From Schizosaccharomyces osmophilus (taxonomy: Eukaryota), in the NCBI RefSeq assembly GCF_027921745.1, contig NC_079240.1, forward strand, positions 1,426,001 to 1,490,000: a DNA stretch of 64,000 nucleotides. The letters run 5' to 3'. The translations under genes and the position numbers were made by a program. This document shows positions 1-12,738 of the stretch, in pieces (the stretch's first letter is position 1; every line of letters begins with the position of its first letter). The notes under the pieces were generated by a model. It searched no databases and was not told where the DNA came from. It was given only the letters and a program-made list of their open reading frames with translations.

Positions 1-1000
1 AGACAGCAGCACTGCCACTTGATCGAATAACTCGTGGGACGTCAATTCCTACAGTAAGGGGACGGACGATGACACGCTTGGAATTATAGGAAACCCAATC
101 ATGACCACTTTCAAATCCTAAAACACGAGTACAGCAGCTGATAAAATGACGAGCATAAGAATAATCTTCGAATCCAACAAAATCGCATTCCAGCAAAGCA
201 TGAAGGATAGCATTCCGTCTAGGGAAGCATCTCGCAATTTCAGAACTTGGGAAGGGATGATGATGATAAAAGGCAATGACAGCGTCAGGGATCTTTTCGC
301 GCACCAACTTGGGAACAAGAAAAAGAGAGTAATCCTGTACAAAGATCAAATCTCCAGGTGTATATGACTCACATATTTTCTCTGCAAACACTTCATTCAT
401 GGTAACATAGTCGTTCCACCAGCGCTCTTCGTTTTCGTCCACTTCTGTGCTGGGCCAATATTTATAATGAATTAAGGGACGGATGACATTTTCAGCATAA
501 GCAAGCCAGCGAGATTGAGAAGAGCGATCCTCACAAAGGATAACCTCTTCATCATGTTTTTCCTTGTGCGGACAACTAGTAAGCCAGACTGGGATATACT
601 CTGTACGCTTGTCAGAGTTCCATTCTTTGTATGCAATTTCAAAATTTTTTACATCTTTTTTCGTAATTTCTGTTACAGACTCTCCACTCTCTTTACTTGA
701 GTCATCGGGTATTATCGGAATCGCACCCGTCCATCCCACAAGCTTGGTTTTCCAGTATGTAGAGTTTGCAAGCCAATTCATGCTAGAATACATCGTCGCG
801 GCCCCTCGACGACTTGTGAATTCCCACTCACGGGTTTTTTCATGAATCGTCGATTTGAACGGTAAATGTCGCAACACATAAGTGATGCATCCGCTCACCC
901 CCAGACTTTTCAATTCTTGAGGATCCAGTAAGTCTCCAGACAGTTCGTATACATTTTCGCGTTTAAAATTCGTCGGTGATTTTGACGCGTGAGGGTTCAT
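1..1000 (-). CDS. tpp1: Trehalose-6-phosphate synthase/phosphatase family protein (GT20 domain), 5' part; runs off the window edge
   Basis: Hand-translated from ATG at 1000 (absent from ORF track because truncated): MNPHASKSPTNFKRENVYELSGDLLDP...WLAYAENVIRPLIHYKYWP...QDYSLFLVP...FYHHHPFPSSEIARCFPRR...VGFEDYSYARHFISCC, typical of the TPS/TPP family. Paralog name rests on recalled synteny next to adg2. Confidence 0.8.
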   Translation of the reverse strand, partial: MNPHASKSPTNFKRENVYELSGDLLDPQELKSLGVSGCITYVLRHLPFKSTIHEKTREWEFTSRRGAATMYSSMNWLANSTYWKTKLVGWTGAIPIIPDDSSKESGESVTEITKKDVKNFEIAYKEWNSDKRTEYIPVWLTSCPHKEKHDEEVILCEDRSSQSRWLAYAENVIRPLIHYKYWPSTEVDENEERWWNDYVTMNEVFAEKICESYTPGDLIFVQDYSLFLVPKLVREKIPDAVIAFYHHHPFPSSEIARCFPRRNAILHALLECDFVGFEDYSYARHFISCCTRVLGFESGHDWVSYNSKRVIVRPLTVGIDVPRVIRSSGSAAV

Positions 1001-1936
1001 TGGTTTTCTATACTCCTTTACTTTGGTTTGGAACGGCCCAATTTTTAAGGATTGATTTTTGAGTTATCTTTTTCACTTCCAAGGTTATAAATTTCCCTTT
1101 TTTTCTATAAAACCTCTACTTTTGATTGTAATAGAGTTGTTTATGTCGTCGTTGGTTTAAGGAGGATTCAATAATCGCAAAACCGTATGTCACTTTCCAC
1201 AAAACAACATACCTAATTTACGTCACCCCTAAATCAATTTACTAAATTTGAAGACATAATAGTCGATTGAAAAGGAAACAGAAAGAATAAAGAAATTTTT
1301 TGTGTTGCCATCCTTGTGCTATATCTGTTTTCTTTATTCGCAGTTTTTACTGATCCGGTAGTTAGTTGAGTAAACCAATATTCTTTTTAATACGGTCTAT
1401 TTACTGAACTTGCTTATTTCTATAAGAAAAACTTCTATATTCTATGTACTTCAGTTAAAAATAAGGAAACTATGAAAAACGAAAAGATGAAACCAGGAAT
1501 TATTAGACCGGAAACAATATAAATGAAAGGTAAACAACGTATTTGACGAAATACGAAACATATAATAACACAATTGTCCAATTAAACCAGACTTCCAGCA
1601 CTGCGAATAGCACTTTCTGGAATAAATATATAAAATGGTAATAAATCCAACAATGAATTGTCTGCCCGTCACCAGATATGCCCTTTGTATATACAAAGCT
1701 AAATAAAAAAATTCAATCATCACGAAACGAATGCGCACAAACAAAACTTTGCTTGCATTTTTGAAAAGAAGCAATTAATTTTGGTCATGAAGTCGTGATT
1801 ATTGGGAATCCTCGGGTATAAATTGAAATGCCAATATAATATGTGAGATTATCAAAATCTCTTAATACAACTTGTATGGCCAGCATACAAGATAAATATG
1901 CATTTAAAGCTCAGCTCTTGCCTCGTATAAATAACC

Positions 1937-3226
1937 TTACAAAAGGACAATCAATGATGTCAAGATGAAAAGGAGAGAAGCATAGCTGATGCTCACTGTG
2001 CTGGAGGCAGCACTAGGAACATTCTGGGATGCACTGTTGCCAGATGAAGAAGCTGCCGATTTAGAAAATGATGCAACCGACGTATGCAACGATTGACTAG
2101 AGGAAGGTGCTGCTGCACTTTCGCTTGCAAATGATGAAGTCTCGCTAGGATCGGAATAAGAAGCATCAGAGGGTTTAGAAACAGCAGGAGGTAAACTCGT
2201 GCTAGGAGTAGAAGATATAGGAATGTAACTAGGAGTGGTTACGGTTACAGTAACCGCGGCAGGGCAAGCAGTACCAGTGGCTCGGCTAGTTTCACCTGTG
2301 AGAGCAATTGAGCCGTTAGAAGCCAAAGAAGAACCCGTCACTACGGAGGAGTTTGTGAAAGAAGGAACAGCATTGTAGCTCACAGAAGAAGGTGTGGCGG
2401 TGATGGAAGAATTTGATGCAACAAGGCTGTTGGTGACGGAGGGCACAGAGCTATTAGAACTAGGTGTAGATGTAACATTCAAGTGAGAAGTAACCACTGG
2501 GGAGGTGACACTCGTGGAAGCATTGGCAGCCACGGCTTTGCTTGCAGGAGAGGATAGAACTCCGGTAGAAGTCGAGTTGGTAAAAACAGGAGTGGATGTG
2601 AATGATGAGGGAGAAGATGAATTGGTGTAATAAGGACCGGTTATAACAGTACTTTTGGGAGAAGTGGTAACTGCAACGGAAGGACTGGTACTATAAACAA
2701 CAGAAGAGCTGGTGTTGAAATGAGAGCTGCTGCTCCTACCGGTGAAAAAGGAACCAGTCGATGATGGACCGGGAGCAGGAGCCATGGTCCAGTTGCCCGT
2801 ATTCGAGGTATTCGTACTTAATTGTGAAAGTACATTGGCACGCAAGATATTATCGTCAAGAGGACTCTTTATTCCTTTCTTATCCATCACAGTAAAAATA
2901 TCCGATTGAGCATAAACGACATAACCATCGACAGGAGACACAAGGTTGACTCGATATCCCGAGCCAGGCGTAAGCTCAAGAGGTGGGAGAGTTGCACCCT
3001 TCTTAGACGTGTCGATAGTCATTGCATACTGATTTATAGCAGGATGCACTTCTTCGTTGACAACGTAAACATGCGCTTCCGATGGATCTGTATCAAGAAC
3101 AGACCAATCCAAAGCCTCTGCACTTTGAGAAAACCAAAGTGAATCTCTTGAAGGCTTCTGAATAGTTATAGCAGCGCATAAACGTAATAAACTGAGCGCT
3201 GTGCCGATCAACGTAAATTGATGCAT
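1937..3226 (-). CDS. adg2: Secreted Ser/Thr-rich, probably GPI-anchored cell-surface protein (Kre9/Knh1-like N-terminal domain)
   Basis: First ATG at 3226 gives signal peptide MHQFTLIGTALSLLRLCAA, then a globular domain (W...DTDP...GSGYRVNLV...VYAQSDIFTV), a long S/T-rich stalk and a hydrophobic C-terminal tail. Name from recalled synteny. Confidence 0.75.
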   Translation of the reverse strand: MHQFTLIGTALSLLRLCAAITIQKPSRDSLWFSQSAEALDWSVLDTDPSEAHVYVVNEEVHPAINQYAMTIDTSKKGATLPPLELTPGSGYRVNLVSPVDGYVVYAQSDIFTVMDKKGIKSPLDDNILRANVLSQLSTNTSNTGNWTMAPAPGPSSTGSFFTGRSSSSHFNTSSSVVYSTSPSVAVTTSPKSTVITGPYYTNSSSPSSFTSTPVFTNSTSTGVLSSPASKAVAANASTSVTSPVVTSHLNVTSTPSSNSSVPSVTNSLVASNSSITATPSSVSYNAVPSFTNSSVVTGSSLASNGSIALTGETSRATGTACPAAVTVTVTTPSYIPISSTPSTSLPPAVSKPSDASYSDPSETSSFASESAAAPSSSQSLHTSVASFSKSAASSSGNSASQNVPSAASSTVSISYASLLFILTSLIVLL

Positions 3227-3335
3227 TTTCTTGGAGAACAAACTTGTCAATTAGCAAGGGATAAATGGTATAAAAGTATCTTAAACGTAGGCGAATAGAA
3301 GTGATCACTGATCAAAGCAGAACTATCTTCCTAAA

Positions 3336-3667
3336 GTAAACAAACAAATACTTTTGTGTTTGGAGTAGGATGTTTGGTATGAAGAAAAACGTTATATATA
3401 AACAACCTCAAAATGTAAACAAGAAACAAACTCAGAATGTAAACAAATTTTGGAAAAATTAGGGACTGCAGCAAACTTTTTATAGTCTCAGTAAATTGTC
3501 TATTATGAATCTCGTAAATTTTGGTTACCATGGTAACCAAAGTGTGCTGGTAGTAAATAAGCAATAATACAGTGAATAAAACATTTCGTGACGTGTTCAT
3601 AAATAAACAAAACGAGATCGTATGAAGAAACCAAAAACTGAGCATTTATTATTAGAAGCGTGGCTGG
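3336..3667. promoter_or_regulatory. Forkhead (GTAAACA) cluster and an Ace2-type CCAGCC site upstream of adg2
   Basis: GTAAACA at 3336, 3415 and 3439; GGCTGG (reverse complement CCAGCC) at 3662-3667. Confidence 0.45.
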
Positions 3668-3815
3668 GAATAAGTTTCCATTACATTTGGACATAGTTGA
3701 TGAGGGTGTAAGGTTGGTTGAAAGTACAAAGAGTTGGATACCGAAAAGTTCATAGAATGTAAAAACATTTTTTATTGTGTTATTGTGGAGATCCTACGAA
3801 GGTTTCAATTAGCCT

Positions 3816-5105
3816 TTAGATGAAGGATATTAATAAAAGACGTAAAACAGTAAGAACGCAAGTGAAGATATGAAGCGCCCACCAAATGTAGGAAGGGCCT
3901 GCAAAGGTGCGAGTAAAGGTCATATCCAAAAAAGGCCCAAATGCTTTCGTTTCACTGAACACGTAATCTTTGGCAGAAAAGGGTAGAAATGAAAGGTAAT
4001 GATGGAACTTGGATTGCAGGTTTCTGCGGAATGTGGAAGGGATATCTCTCAAGGTCAATTCCACGAAACCGATATTTCCTCCAAAATATCCCATAACACT
4101 TGGTAAAGTGTGCTCAATGACTCCATTCGGGTAATGATAGTCGCACCCCATATGATCGTGGCCTGAAAGGATCAAGGCGATACCAGGCAATAAATGAAAA
4201 ACCTGTTGGGTTGCCTCGTATGAAATGTGATTTTGCAACAGGACTCGATGGCTTTCAGAACGAGAGATAAAAGGGTTATCAACACAAGCGTGCTCAGGCT
4301 TGTAAAATGGAATATGGGTGAAAACAATGGTAGGGATCTCTGGCTGCGCGGCTTGTTCATAAAGAAACGTCCATACATCAACGGCTTCCCTTGTTAGAGG
4401 AAGGATCCCAGAACAAGAAAGACTATCGCAAGACTGGAATTTCGAGGCCATCTCTGGGTAAAACTGAACGTCATCTAAAGCTAAACTATTTATACCGAGA
4501 ATGCGTACGGGGTGGCCAGCAACAGAAGCTTCCGTAACCCAATTTAATGGCCCAAAGGAAGAAGTCCATTTTTCGGTCTGTAATTCAGATAAATCATTAC
4601 CATAACCAATGTCATGATTTCCTGGAATCGTCCACACCGGAATTTCATTGACTTGAGGAGACGACGCGGCTGTTTCTGTAATATTGAAGGTCGCCGCCCC
4701 TGTAATCCGTTTTAGTCTTTCAACACGAATTTTAAACTCATCGACGTCTAGGTTCTGAAAACTCACAAGATCACCCAAAAGGACCATAGCTTCGGGTTTC
4801 CCCCAAAACTTGTTTATTTGAACCAAGTGTCGCAAATACAAATCGTTCCCAAAAACATCAAGGGTACCTTTAAAAAATCCATTGGCCTCAATCTTATGAT
4901 TACCTTCAATTTGTGGGTCAGCAACCCCCATAATCGTGAATGAACTATTCAATTCGGACGACCCAAATCCAAAAGCAGAAAAGACCCCAAACCAAATGGG
5001 GTAAGCATAGTAAGCCGCTAACAATGCCAAGGAAATATACTGAAAGATACCTATACTTTTGCTAACCCAAACAAAAAACTGGCGAATTGAATTTGAAGAC
5101 GCCAT
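3816..5105 (-). CDS. ted1: Metallophosphoesterase, GPI-remodelling Ted1-like
   Basis: Calcineurin-like motifs ADPQ, LLGD, PGNHD, THIP, SGHDH; N- and C-terminal TM segments. Confidence 0.85.
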   Translation of the reverse strand: MASSNSIRQFFVWVSKSIGIFQYISLALLAAYYAYPIWFGVFSAFGFGSSELNSSFTIMGVADPQIEGNHKIEANGFFKGTLDVFGNDLYLRHLVQINKFWGKPEAMVLLGDLVSFQNLDVDEFKIRVERLKRITGAATFNITETAASSPQVNEIPVWTIPGNHDIGYGNDLSELQTEKWTSSFGPLNWVTEASVAGHPVRILGINSLALDDVQFYPEMASKFQSCDSLSCSGILPLTREAVDVWTFLYEQAAQPEIPTIVFTHIPFYKPEHACVDNPFISRSESHRVLLQNHISYEATQQVFHLLPGIALILSGHDHMGCDYHYPNGVIEHTLPSVMGYFGGNIGFVELTLRDIPSTFRRNLQSKFHHYLSFLPFSAKDYVFSETKAFGPFLDMTFTRTFAGPSYIWWALHIFTCVLTVLRLLLISFI

Positions 5106-5771
5106 TTTTCAAGTTGTTAATTATAATAGAATTGAATTTCGACCAAAACGCCAAATTTTACGAAACGAGTGAAAAAAAAAATGAAAACAGCCTCTGTTTA
5201 CAAAATCCAAGCAAAACTCATTTATTAAAAACAAAAACCATGAGTAATAAAAAGATTAGTTAAAAAGAAGATTTTGGCATAAAGAAACTTGTTTTATCAA
5301 AACTTGGAATATGTACTTTCTAGAGTGTTGAATGACACCCATGCGTCTTGGTGGTGAGTATAATTACCAACCTTAGTGCGAATACGGATTCTTGCCTATC
5401 GCTGTCCTGTAGCTTGCTATTCACATTAAGGAAACCTAATGTCATACAATAGTAAACAATGCTTGTTTTATGTTGATATATCTTATTTTGTCCATTTATT
5501 TTTCTCGGAATTAGCGCAATCGAGACAGAAACCAAGAACTTAATCTACTGATATGAAAGAATTATCTACTAGAAAGAGATAAATAATAAAAAACATACCT
5601 ATTCAGCTTGATCCATTCATGAAACCACCGAGTGTTCGTTCTCCAAACAATGTTACTTGAAGAAAAGCAGTCCTGCTACCTTTAGTGAAAAAGACCCAAA
5701 AAAAATTTTGACAACAAATAAACAAGTGTCAAACTTGGCTATTTCTTCATTCTCTTGTTTTTGTAAAAATC

Positions 5772-6338
5772 ATGTCTAACGATCGTATTGAATACCTCCG
5801 TTCTAAATTGGCTCAATATCCCGATTTCCCCAAGAAGGGAATTCTTTTTGAAGATATTATGCCAATTTTCGCTGACCCTAAGGCTTTTGGCATTCTCGTT
5901 GATTTATTGGTCGAACTCGTTCAAAAGCAATTTAAAGAAATTGATGTCGTTGTCGGTTTGGAAGCCCGTGGCTTCCTTTTCGGCCCTACTTTGGCTTTGC
6001 GTTTGAATTCTAGTTTCGTCCCCGTTCGTAAACCCAATAAGCTCCCTGGTGATTTGGCTACTATCAGCTACAAAAAGGAGTATGCTGAAGATGCTTTCGC
6101 TATGCAAAAATCTTCCATCAAGCCCGGTCAACGTGTCTTGATCGTTGATGACATCTTAGCTACCGGTGGTACTGCTATGGCTGCCGATGAACTCATTTTG
6201 CAATTAAATGGTAACTTGTTGGGCCATGTTTTCTTGATGGAACTGGGCTTCTTGGAGGGTCGCAACCGTCTTAAGGCTCCTACATTCACTCTTTTCAGCG
6301 GTCAAACTGAGGCCCCTGAAGGCAGCAAAACTGCTTAA
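5772..6338 (+). CDS. apt1: Adenine phosphoribosyltransferase
   Basis: [32 protein letters not shown] and PRPP-binding [13 protein letters not shown]. Confidence 0.97.
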   Translation: MSNDRIEYLRSKLAQYPDFPKKGILFEDIMPIFADPKAFGILVDLLVELVQKQFKEIDVVVGLEARGFLFGPTLALRLNSSFVPVRKPNKLPGDLATISYKKEYAEDAFAMQKSSIKPGQRVLIVDDILATGGTAMAADELILQLNGNLLGHVFLMELGFLEGRNRLKAPTFTLFSGQTEAPEGSKTA

Positions 6339-6653
6339 GCCATCCAAGATTTTATATTTGTTTATTAAGGATTGTTGGTAATAACGGTTTCTAGTGGGAT
6401 TTCCAAATTATCATAAGACTGAGCAGGTGCTTACTTCTTGTGTTTTTGGATAGTAATTTTGCTTGTATACTAGATTTAGAAGAGCACCATATTCTAAATA
6501 AAATAATTTTTAAGAGATCAAAAATTTATTTTCGAACTCAAAATTGTAATAATCTTGTTGCTGATCGGTTGTAAGTGTTTCCTAATCTACCATCACATAC
6601 ATGGAATAATAAAATAAACAAAGTGAGATGCTTAGTATTAGACCAATTCTTGT

Positions 6654-9088
6654 TTAATAAATATTTTGATCATCAGAGCATGTTTCACACACATAAAAGT
6701 TTTCAATTAAAGAGTTTTGAAAATAACAAGGCGCGTCTTTTCGGATCTTTTGCACAGTCAAGTTTCCCCATTGAAGAATAAAACTTTGATTTATACCAAG
6801 GTGAACTGTTGGAGGCACATAAGGCTTAATTAAACCAAAAAAATAAGAAGAGGGCGACTCTTGCATCAATTTCGTTTTGTTCGTTTTGGTATCCTGGTCC
6901 AACAATAAAAGCAATCCAGCTTTCTGTGCATTTTTTGCTTGTTGTAGCCAGCTACAGTTACCTGTAGGAGCTATATAACCCACATCTGGTGCGAAAGAGA
7001 AAGGCATTTTGTTACACAAACTGGTATTTAAAATTGTCAACGGTAATTGCGACGGTTGCTGGAAAGATCCTTCATGAACATGAAGGAATTCAGAGTACGT
7101 TTCTTCTCCTGTGAAAGAAACCAAATGCGCAGAAACAGTAGGTGCGTACAGCGTCTCTTTACTCATAAACATTGCATAGTTGGGATCAGTTAAATACAAT
7201 GTATCGTTTTCTCCCACACTTTGGTTTCCGATTTTAAAAATGCGGTAGTAGTCAGTATCAATATACTTTATCAAGCGAATTCTGTTCCCAATCAACGTTG
7301 GTGCATATATGTTATTCATGACGCGTTTTGTAGACTTGAAAGGAGGCAACAGAACATTCCCATACAGAATCTCTACAACGTCTGCAATCCTTGGTCTTGC
7401 ACAAATGCCATTAGGATCGATTAATTCCTCGCTAACTCCTCGGTAATCAGATTCTACCATTTCAAAGATATAATCAAAATCTTCTCTGGAAGCCACTTTA
7501 GAAAAGAAAGAAGGTTCCATAAAATGGTCTTTGGGGTCGAGTAAACATGTCCCTGGATGCTGACGTTTATTAGAGTTAAAGGCTTTATGCGTTTGCCTAT
7601 TTATGGGTAATAAATGACCTTCGGTAGTAAAAATGAAGTCTTGGAATTTGGAATGAAATATATTATCTTCATCAAAGAGAAGATAAAGATACTTTAAGGT
7701 CTCACTAAGGAAAAAACTCTCCATTCGGTCAGAAAGTACTCCTGTTTCAAGGTTATCCAAGGAAGCAAATCCACAAGATGTGCGAAGATTTTTTTCTATA
7801 TTTTTTAGAATTGTCTTTCCCACGTTCAAATAAAACGGATCTTTGGTAGCACGATATAGATAGTAAGTCGATTCAGCAAACTCTGGTCTCAAGGGATATC
7901 CCTGCAGTTCTATGGTTTTCGTATGAAAGTTAAATCTCTCAGGTATTTGTCCATATTTTGAATAAATTGAAAAATAGTAAAGATGTGCTTTCTTCGCAGA
8001 TTCTAGCTCGCCAGCGAGAACCAGTAATCCCGAAAAATAAGCTCCCAAAGAGTCAATCCAATACGTGGCAGTAGTCCCACTGCCTGCGTAAACATTTTGA
8101 TAATAATAATCTTCTGTGGAAGAAATAAACTGACGAATATTTCTTAGGGATTCTTCCCAGACATTTAGGAATCGTATGTCATCAAGTAAAATGTATGATT
8201 TAAGAGCGTACTCGTAAAAGCTATCAATTCCAGCGCCTATTCCAGAAACAGGATAAATCCATTTTCCGCTCATTACATCGATGCTGTTCCCTAAGAGACC
8301 AATGCTGCTTTTCCGAGTCCATATGGCAAAAAAGGCATTTTCAGCTGCCTTTCGAAATTGTGGGTTTCCAGTAAGAACGCTCAGCATGGAGAATTCAAGT
8401 ATAAGGCTGGATGCTCCTGCGGAACAGGACTCGTTTGTCTCTTGTGAAGACACTCCTTTCATCAAATTTATTCTCGCAAAGGGGATTTTCGTGGGTGTCC
8501 GAAAGGAAGTTAAAAGCCGCTCACCAAGTTCTGTTGCTAAAGTCAACAACTCGTTGTTATACTCAGGGAGTTGAAATCCGTACTGTGGATCTGAAGCAAA
8601 AACATGACCAGACAATAGTCCCCCCAGGATCCTAATAGTAACTTCGAAAACTTGAACCTTAGTGTCAGTTTCAAACGTCAAATGTTGAATGATTTTTTGA
8701 ACAGCTTCATGGAAACCTTTGGGATCATTTAAAACGACCAAGGTATCTATAGTATCTATCAGGGTTAGGAGGTAATTACCACGAACATCATTGACGCCAA
8801 GGTTATGAGAATTCTTGAAGTCCGGTCCCAACCCTTTGCAAGACAAGGGAGCAAGTTCGTCAAGCGGAAATGCTAAGTTTAAGTAATTGGAGTAGCCATG
8901 ATAAAACAACTCTCGAGTGAGGTTTCTAATAAAGGGTAAATAGAATATTCAATTCCCAATTCATTTATTTTTTTCATAGCATCATACCTTAACTCCAGTA
9001 CTTCAGTTGAGTTAATTCCATAAGCAAGAATTCCTTGAAACAACCATAGAAACACTAAAAGCCACGTAGTAAAATCCCAAAAGAACAT
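6654..9088 (-). CDS. mnl1: EDEM/Mnl1 ER alpha-mannosidase-like protein (GH47); 2 exons
   Basis: Exon 1 9088-8988 (signal peptide MFFWDF...LELR); intron 8987-8926 (GTATGA..TAG); exon 2 8925-6654 joins in frame (RNLTRELFYHGY). GH47 motifs VFEVTIRILGGLLS, GIGAGIDSFYEY, YPLRPEFAES, MESFFLSETLKY, TTEGH. Confidence 0.92.
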
Positions 9089-9995
9089 AGATCTTATTTG
9101 TTTATTCAATAATTTGCTAGGGAAACGGAACCTGAAGCTAGCAAACCTTATAAAATATGGAACTCAATATATCTGGTACTCTTTTACGTGTAGCCTACGA
9201 AAATTCAAACAGATTTCTATTAAATTTTAGAAATAGCTTGAAGGCAATTAGCAATAACCCTCTTTGGGTTTAGTATGATGTTTTGGGTGAAGTGTTCTAG
9301 GATATACCCGATTCTTTCTGACTTGAGTTACAAAAAGCTTCGTCTGGTTTCCTACCGCATTTCCTTACTTACTAGGAAGCTACAAAAATAATTTGTAATA
9401 AACCATTGAACACTTCATTGAAAAAGTACCAACCCGTTCAAATTGCGTTTGTTTTGTTTGTCATTTGTAAACGTTTGTGCTAGAGTTTTATGATCCATAA
9501 GGCGTTAAACGACAACAGGCCAATTGATTTTAAAAATAGCAAAATTCAAGCCTTGTTTTACAAGAAATGCTATTTCTATGTAAACAGAATATCAAGCATC
9601 TTTTTCCAACTCCTTTAGTATTTCCAATCTAAATTTTTTGGTATGACATAGAAATAAAAAATATCTCGTAGTATTCTTTTTTTCTTTTTTACCTGCAATT
9701 GCTCTTGTTCCTCCTACACAATGAAAATCTTAAAACTTTTTTTTTTTCTTTGTTTATTTACTTCTATCGCATATTTTTTGTGATAATATTATAAGTTTAT
9801 TATCGTACAGAGGTATCATTCTTTCGTTCCAAGACTTACAACAAGCGTTGTACACCAATAACCCATTTCCTAAACTATACCTATTCCGTTTCATTCTAAG
9901 GAAAGTCAATTGATTTCCTATTTCCAGCTATTTTTGTAGCTATTATCAAGTATATTCTTTCGTTTGGGCTTACGTGGATAATTAAGTCGAACAGA

Positions 9996-10280
9996 ATGGG
10001 AAAACCAGTGATCATTAAGGCAAAGAAGGACTACGATGGCGTGTATGAGCCAGAACGTATGAACTGGCTTCGATTACAGTACTATCGCTACCAGGTTACT
10101 TTCGGTCCATATGTCTTTACCTCTCATGAAACATTTGTTTTCAATACTATTGTCCTCCTTTTGCTTTTTCTAATCGGTTGGGCCGTAAAATCTATTATTG
10201 TCAAATTAGCTCCTCCTTTGTGGAACTTCGGGTTATATATACCGGGTGCTGTATTGCATCTCATTCAAAAGAATGCTTAG
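9996..10280 (+). CDS. tsc3: Serine palmitoyltransferase small subunit (Tsc3/ssSPT-like)
   Basis: 94 aa with WLRLQYYRYQVTFGPYVF..E..VFNTIV followed by a TM helix, the ssSPT family pattern. Confidence 0.75.
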   Translation: MGKPVIIKAKKDYDGVYEPERMNWLRLQYYRYQVTFGPYVFTSHETFVFNTIVLLLLFLIGWAVKSIIVKLAPPLWNFGLYIPGAVLHLIQKNA

Positions 10281-11014
10281 GAAAAACCTACTTGTTATAT
10301 CCATCCATAATTCTACCCTAATTGACAGAACAGCCGCCGGGATGAACAGCTTTCTTTACTTTAGCTCAACGATTCTTTCTTCCTTGGGTTTGTCTCCCTA
10401 TTCGCATACTCAACGAACCAACCAGTCAGATTACTAAAAAGTTATGTTAAACTGAGGATATCTATTCTCGAATCCATATCTTATTAAATTTAATTTTGTA
10501 ATGATGCATACCCTATGAATCAATTTTGTCTTTAGACGCTTCAGCAACTTTATTTCGAAATATAGGCGGTACACCCAATTACGGTCCCTTCGAAGAGAAA
10601 GAATACTCTATTAGCAATAATTTCTTCAGATAGTGTTGGCATATACTTACATACTTTCTAGATTTAATTTTCTGCATCATATGGTCTGCTATGTTTACAT
10701 TCTTTTTACAAATACCCAAAACGTATTACTAAAGTTTTCAAATAGTAAAAAATGAGTGATATAATTTTGTATATACTGTATCAGAAGAATATAGAAAGGT
10801 AGGGAGAGAAAGAGAAAGCATAATTAAAGAGTGTAGGGTCCTTTAAAAGCGTGACCGTGTCGCATAGTTAAAAAAATATTATACTTAAACGAGCAACCAT
10901 TGTTATGTCAGGCCTGGCCGAATGCAAGAGAAAGAAAGTTTACTAAAAAGATAAAACCATCTCGATTTTTAATTACGAATGAACGCCATTTCGAAATTAG
11001 CTTGAAGGTTAAGA

Positions 11015-12738
11015 TTACATTGGATGTCGTCGGGCAGATCTTCTAGAAATGAGAGACGATTGAGCAAGATCCAGTTGAAAAGAATCTTTCTCATCACTGT
11101 TCGAAACATCACTAAAGGGAAAACTTGTTCCTGTAAGTTCATCCCCAGAATCTTCTTCAACAATCAAGTCCGCCGCCGAGTTGATCCTTGAAAAATTGGC
11201 ATTCTTGTGGTGACCCTTCGGAAAGTTAGAGCGACGAACATCGTATGCAACCATCATTGCATCACTCAATGTAGTGATGGATGGTGATTTATGCATAGAA
11301 GCACTGGATGTACGAGAAACCATCGTTCTCTTTGGTCGTTCCTTGAGGTCAGATGTCATTCGCCCAGGCGAAGAAGAAGTAGAATCTATAGAGCGTGAAT
11401 AAAATTTTGGCTTATGGGAAGGAACCAAAAGCATCTTCGGTTCACCGCGAATCCAAGGATGTTGAAAAAACTGATGAATGTCGTATCGTTCTCTCGGATC
11501 TACTGTCAATAGATGGGCAACTAAATCCTTTGCAGATTCTGATATGTTGTCCCACCAAGGAGATAAAAACTCAAATTCTCCTTTCACAACCTTGGATGCC
11601 AATAACCCAACATTCTCGTCAAAGAAAGGTGGAAACCCACACAGCATTGTGTGCAGGACACATCCCAAAGCCCACATATCCACGTTTTTGGAGTAAAGTT
11701 CGTCATTTACAATTTCTGGTGCAGCATAGCCTACAGTTCCGCAAGGAGTAGATGTTTTCGTGTTCCAAACAACCTTACTAAAACCAAAATCACCTATTAA
11801 AATTTTTCCAATACCACCTCCACCAACACCAGGTGTAAAAACGCCTTCGTCTTGCTTAATTGGATCCAAAGGGGGCGGCTTATAGTTTTCTGTAGGATGA
11901 AAAGGAATTGGCTTAAATAACACATTCTCAGGCTTGATGTCCCTGTGAACGATGCCACATACATCATGGAGATGTTGTATTGCATCTGCAATTTGGACTA
12001 TGACATGTCGGGCGAGTTGTTCGGAAAAGTAAGTGAAATGAACGATCTTGTGAAATATTTCTCCTCCTTCAGCGAGCTCCAAAATAAGATAAAAGAAATC
12101 ATCCGCTTCAATAAAATCCAGCAAAGTGACAATGTTTTTGTGTTGAATCCTTCGCATTATGTTCACTTCCTTATGAACACCATTTCGCTATTAATCAGGT
12201 TAGCTGACATTGGTTCTTTTGTTTTGGTTTTCTGTTTTCTGAAGAGCTCTAAGGATCAAGTATGCAGGAAAGCTGAAACTCTTCGGCTACAACGTACTTG
12301 ATAACCTGAAAGAACAACTCTAACAGATTCAAAATCTTACCTGTTTCAGATTCATCTCGTATTTGCGGATCACTTTAACAGCAATGTCTTCCTTTAGGTC
12401 AAAAGAATGCGCCTTGTATACCTTGCTATAGGCTCCACTATACATCACTGTTAATACCCTAGCCTTCTTTGGGTAACTAAAACATTCACTTACTCTCCGA
12501 GCTTCTCCTTCAATTGAAACTTTTCTAAACCAGGAAAATCCGTAGGTTCAGAAGAATCAACTTCTGCATGATGACTTTGTTGGCTAGCTGTGCCAGCGGA
12601 CTTTCCTGAACCGAGAGTTTTCTCGCCCTTCTTTCGTTCCTTATTTAGTTTGACGGACTTAATGAATTTGCGAAACCCCTAATGCAATGTAATTAGTTTT
12701 TTGTTAATGAAATATTTGCTTACCGTCAAAATTGACAT
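11015..12738 (-). CDS. cmk2: CAMK/MAPKAP-like Ser/Thr kinase Cmk2; 4 exons
   Basis: Exons 12738-12724, 12678-12494, 12437-12341, 12187-11015. Introns 12723-12679, 12493-12438 and 12340-12188, all GT..AG with branch motifs. Spliced product MSILTGFRKF...LGDGAYSKVYK...HRDIKPEN..DFG..APE, with the Rck/Cmk2-type glycine-rich insert (DEGVFTPGVGGGGIG). Confidence 0.92.

Noticed and set aside
12438..12455. Upstream AG directly after the branch point in cmk2 intron 2 (likewise pcf2 intron 1) as an alternative acceptor
   Set aside because: Too close to the branch adenosine for normal use; in cmk2 it would create an immediate stop.
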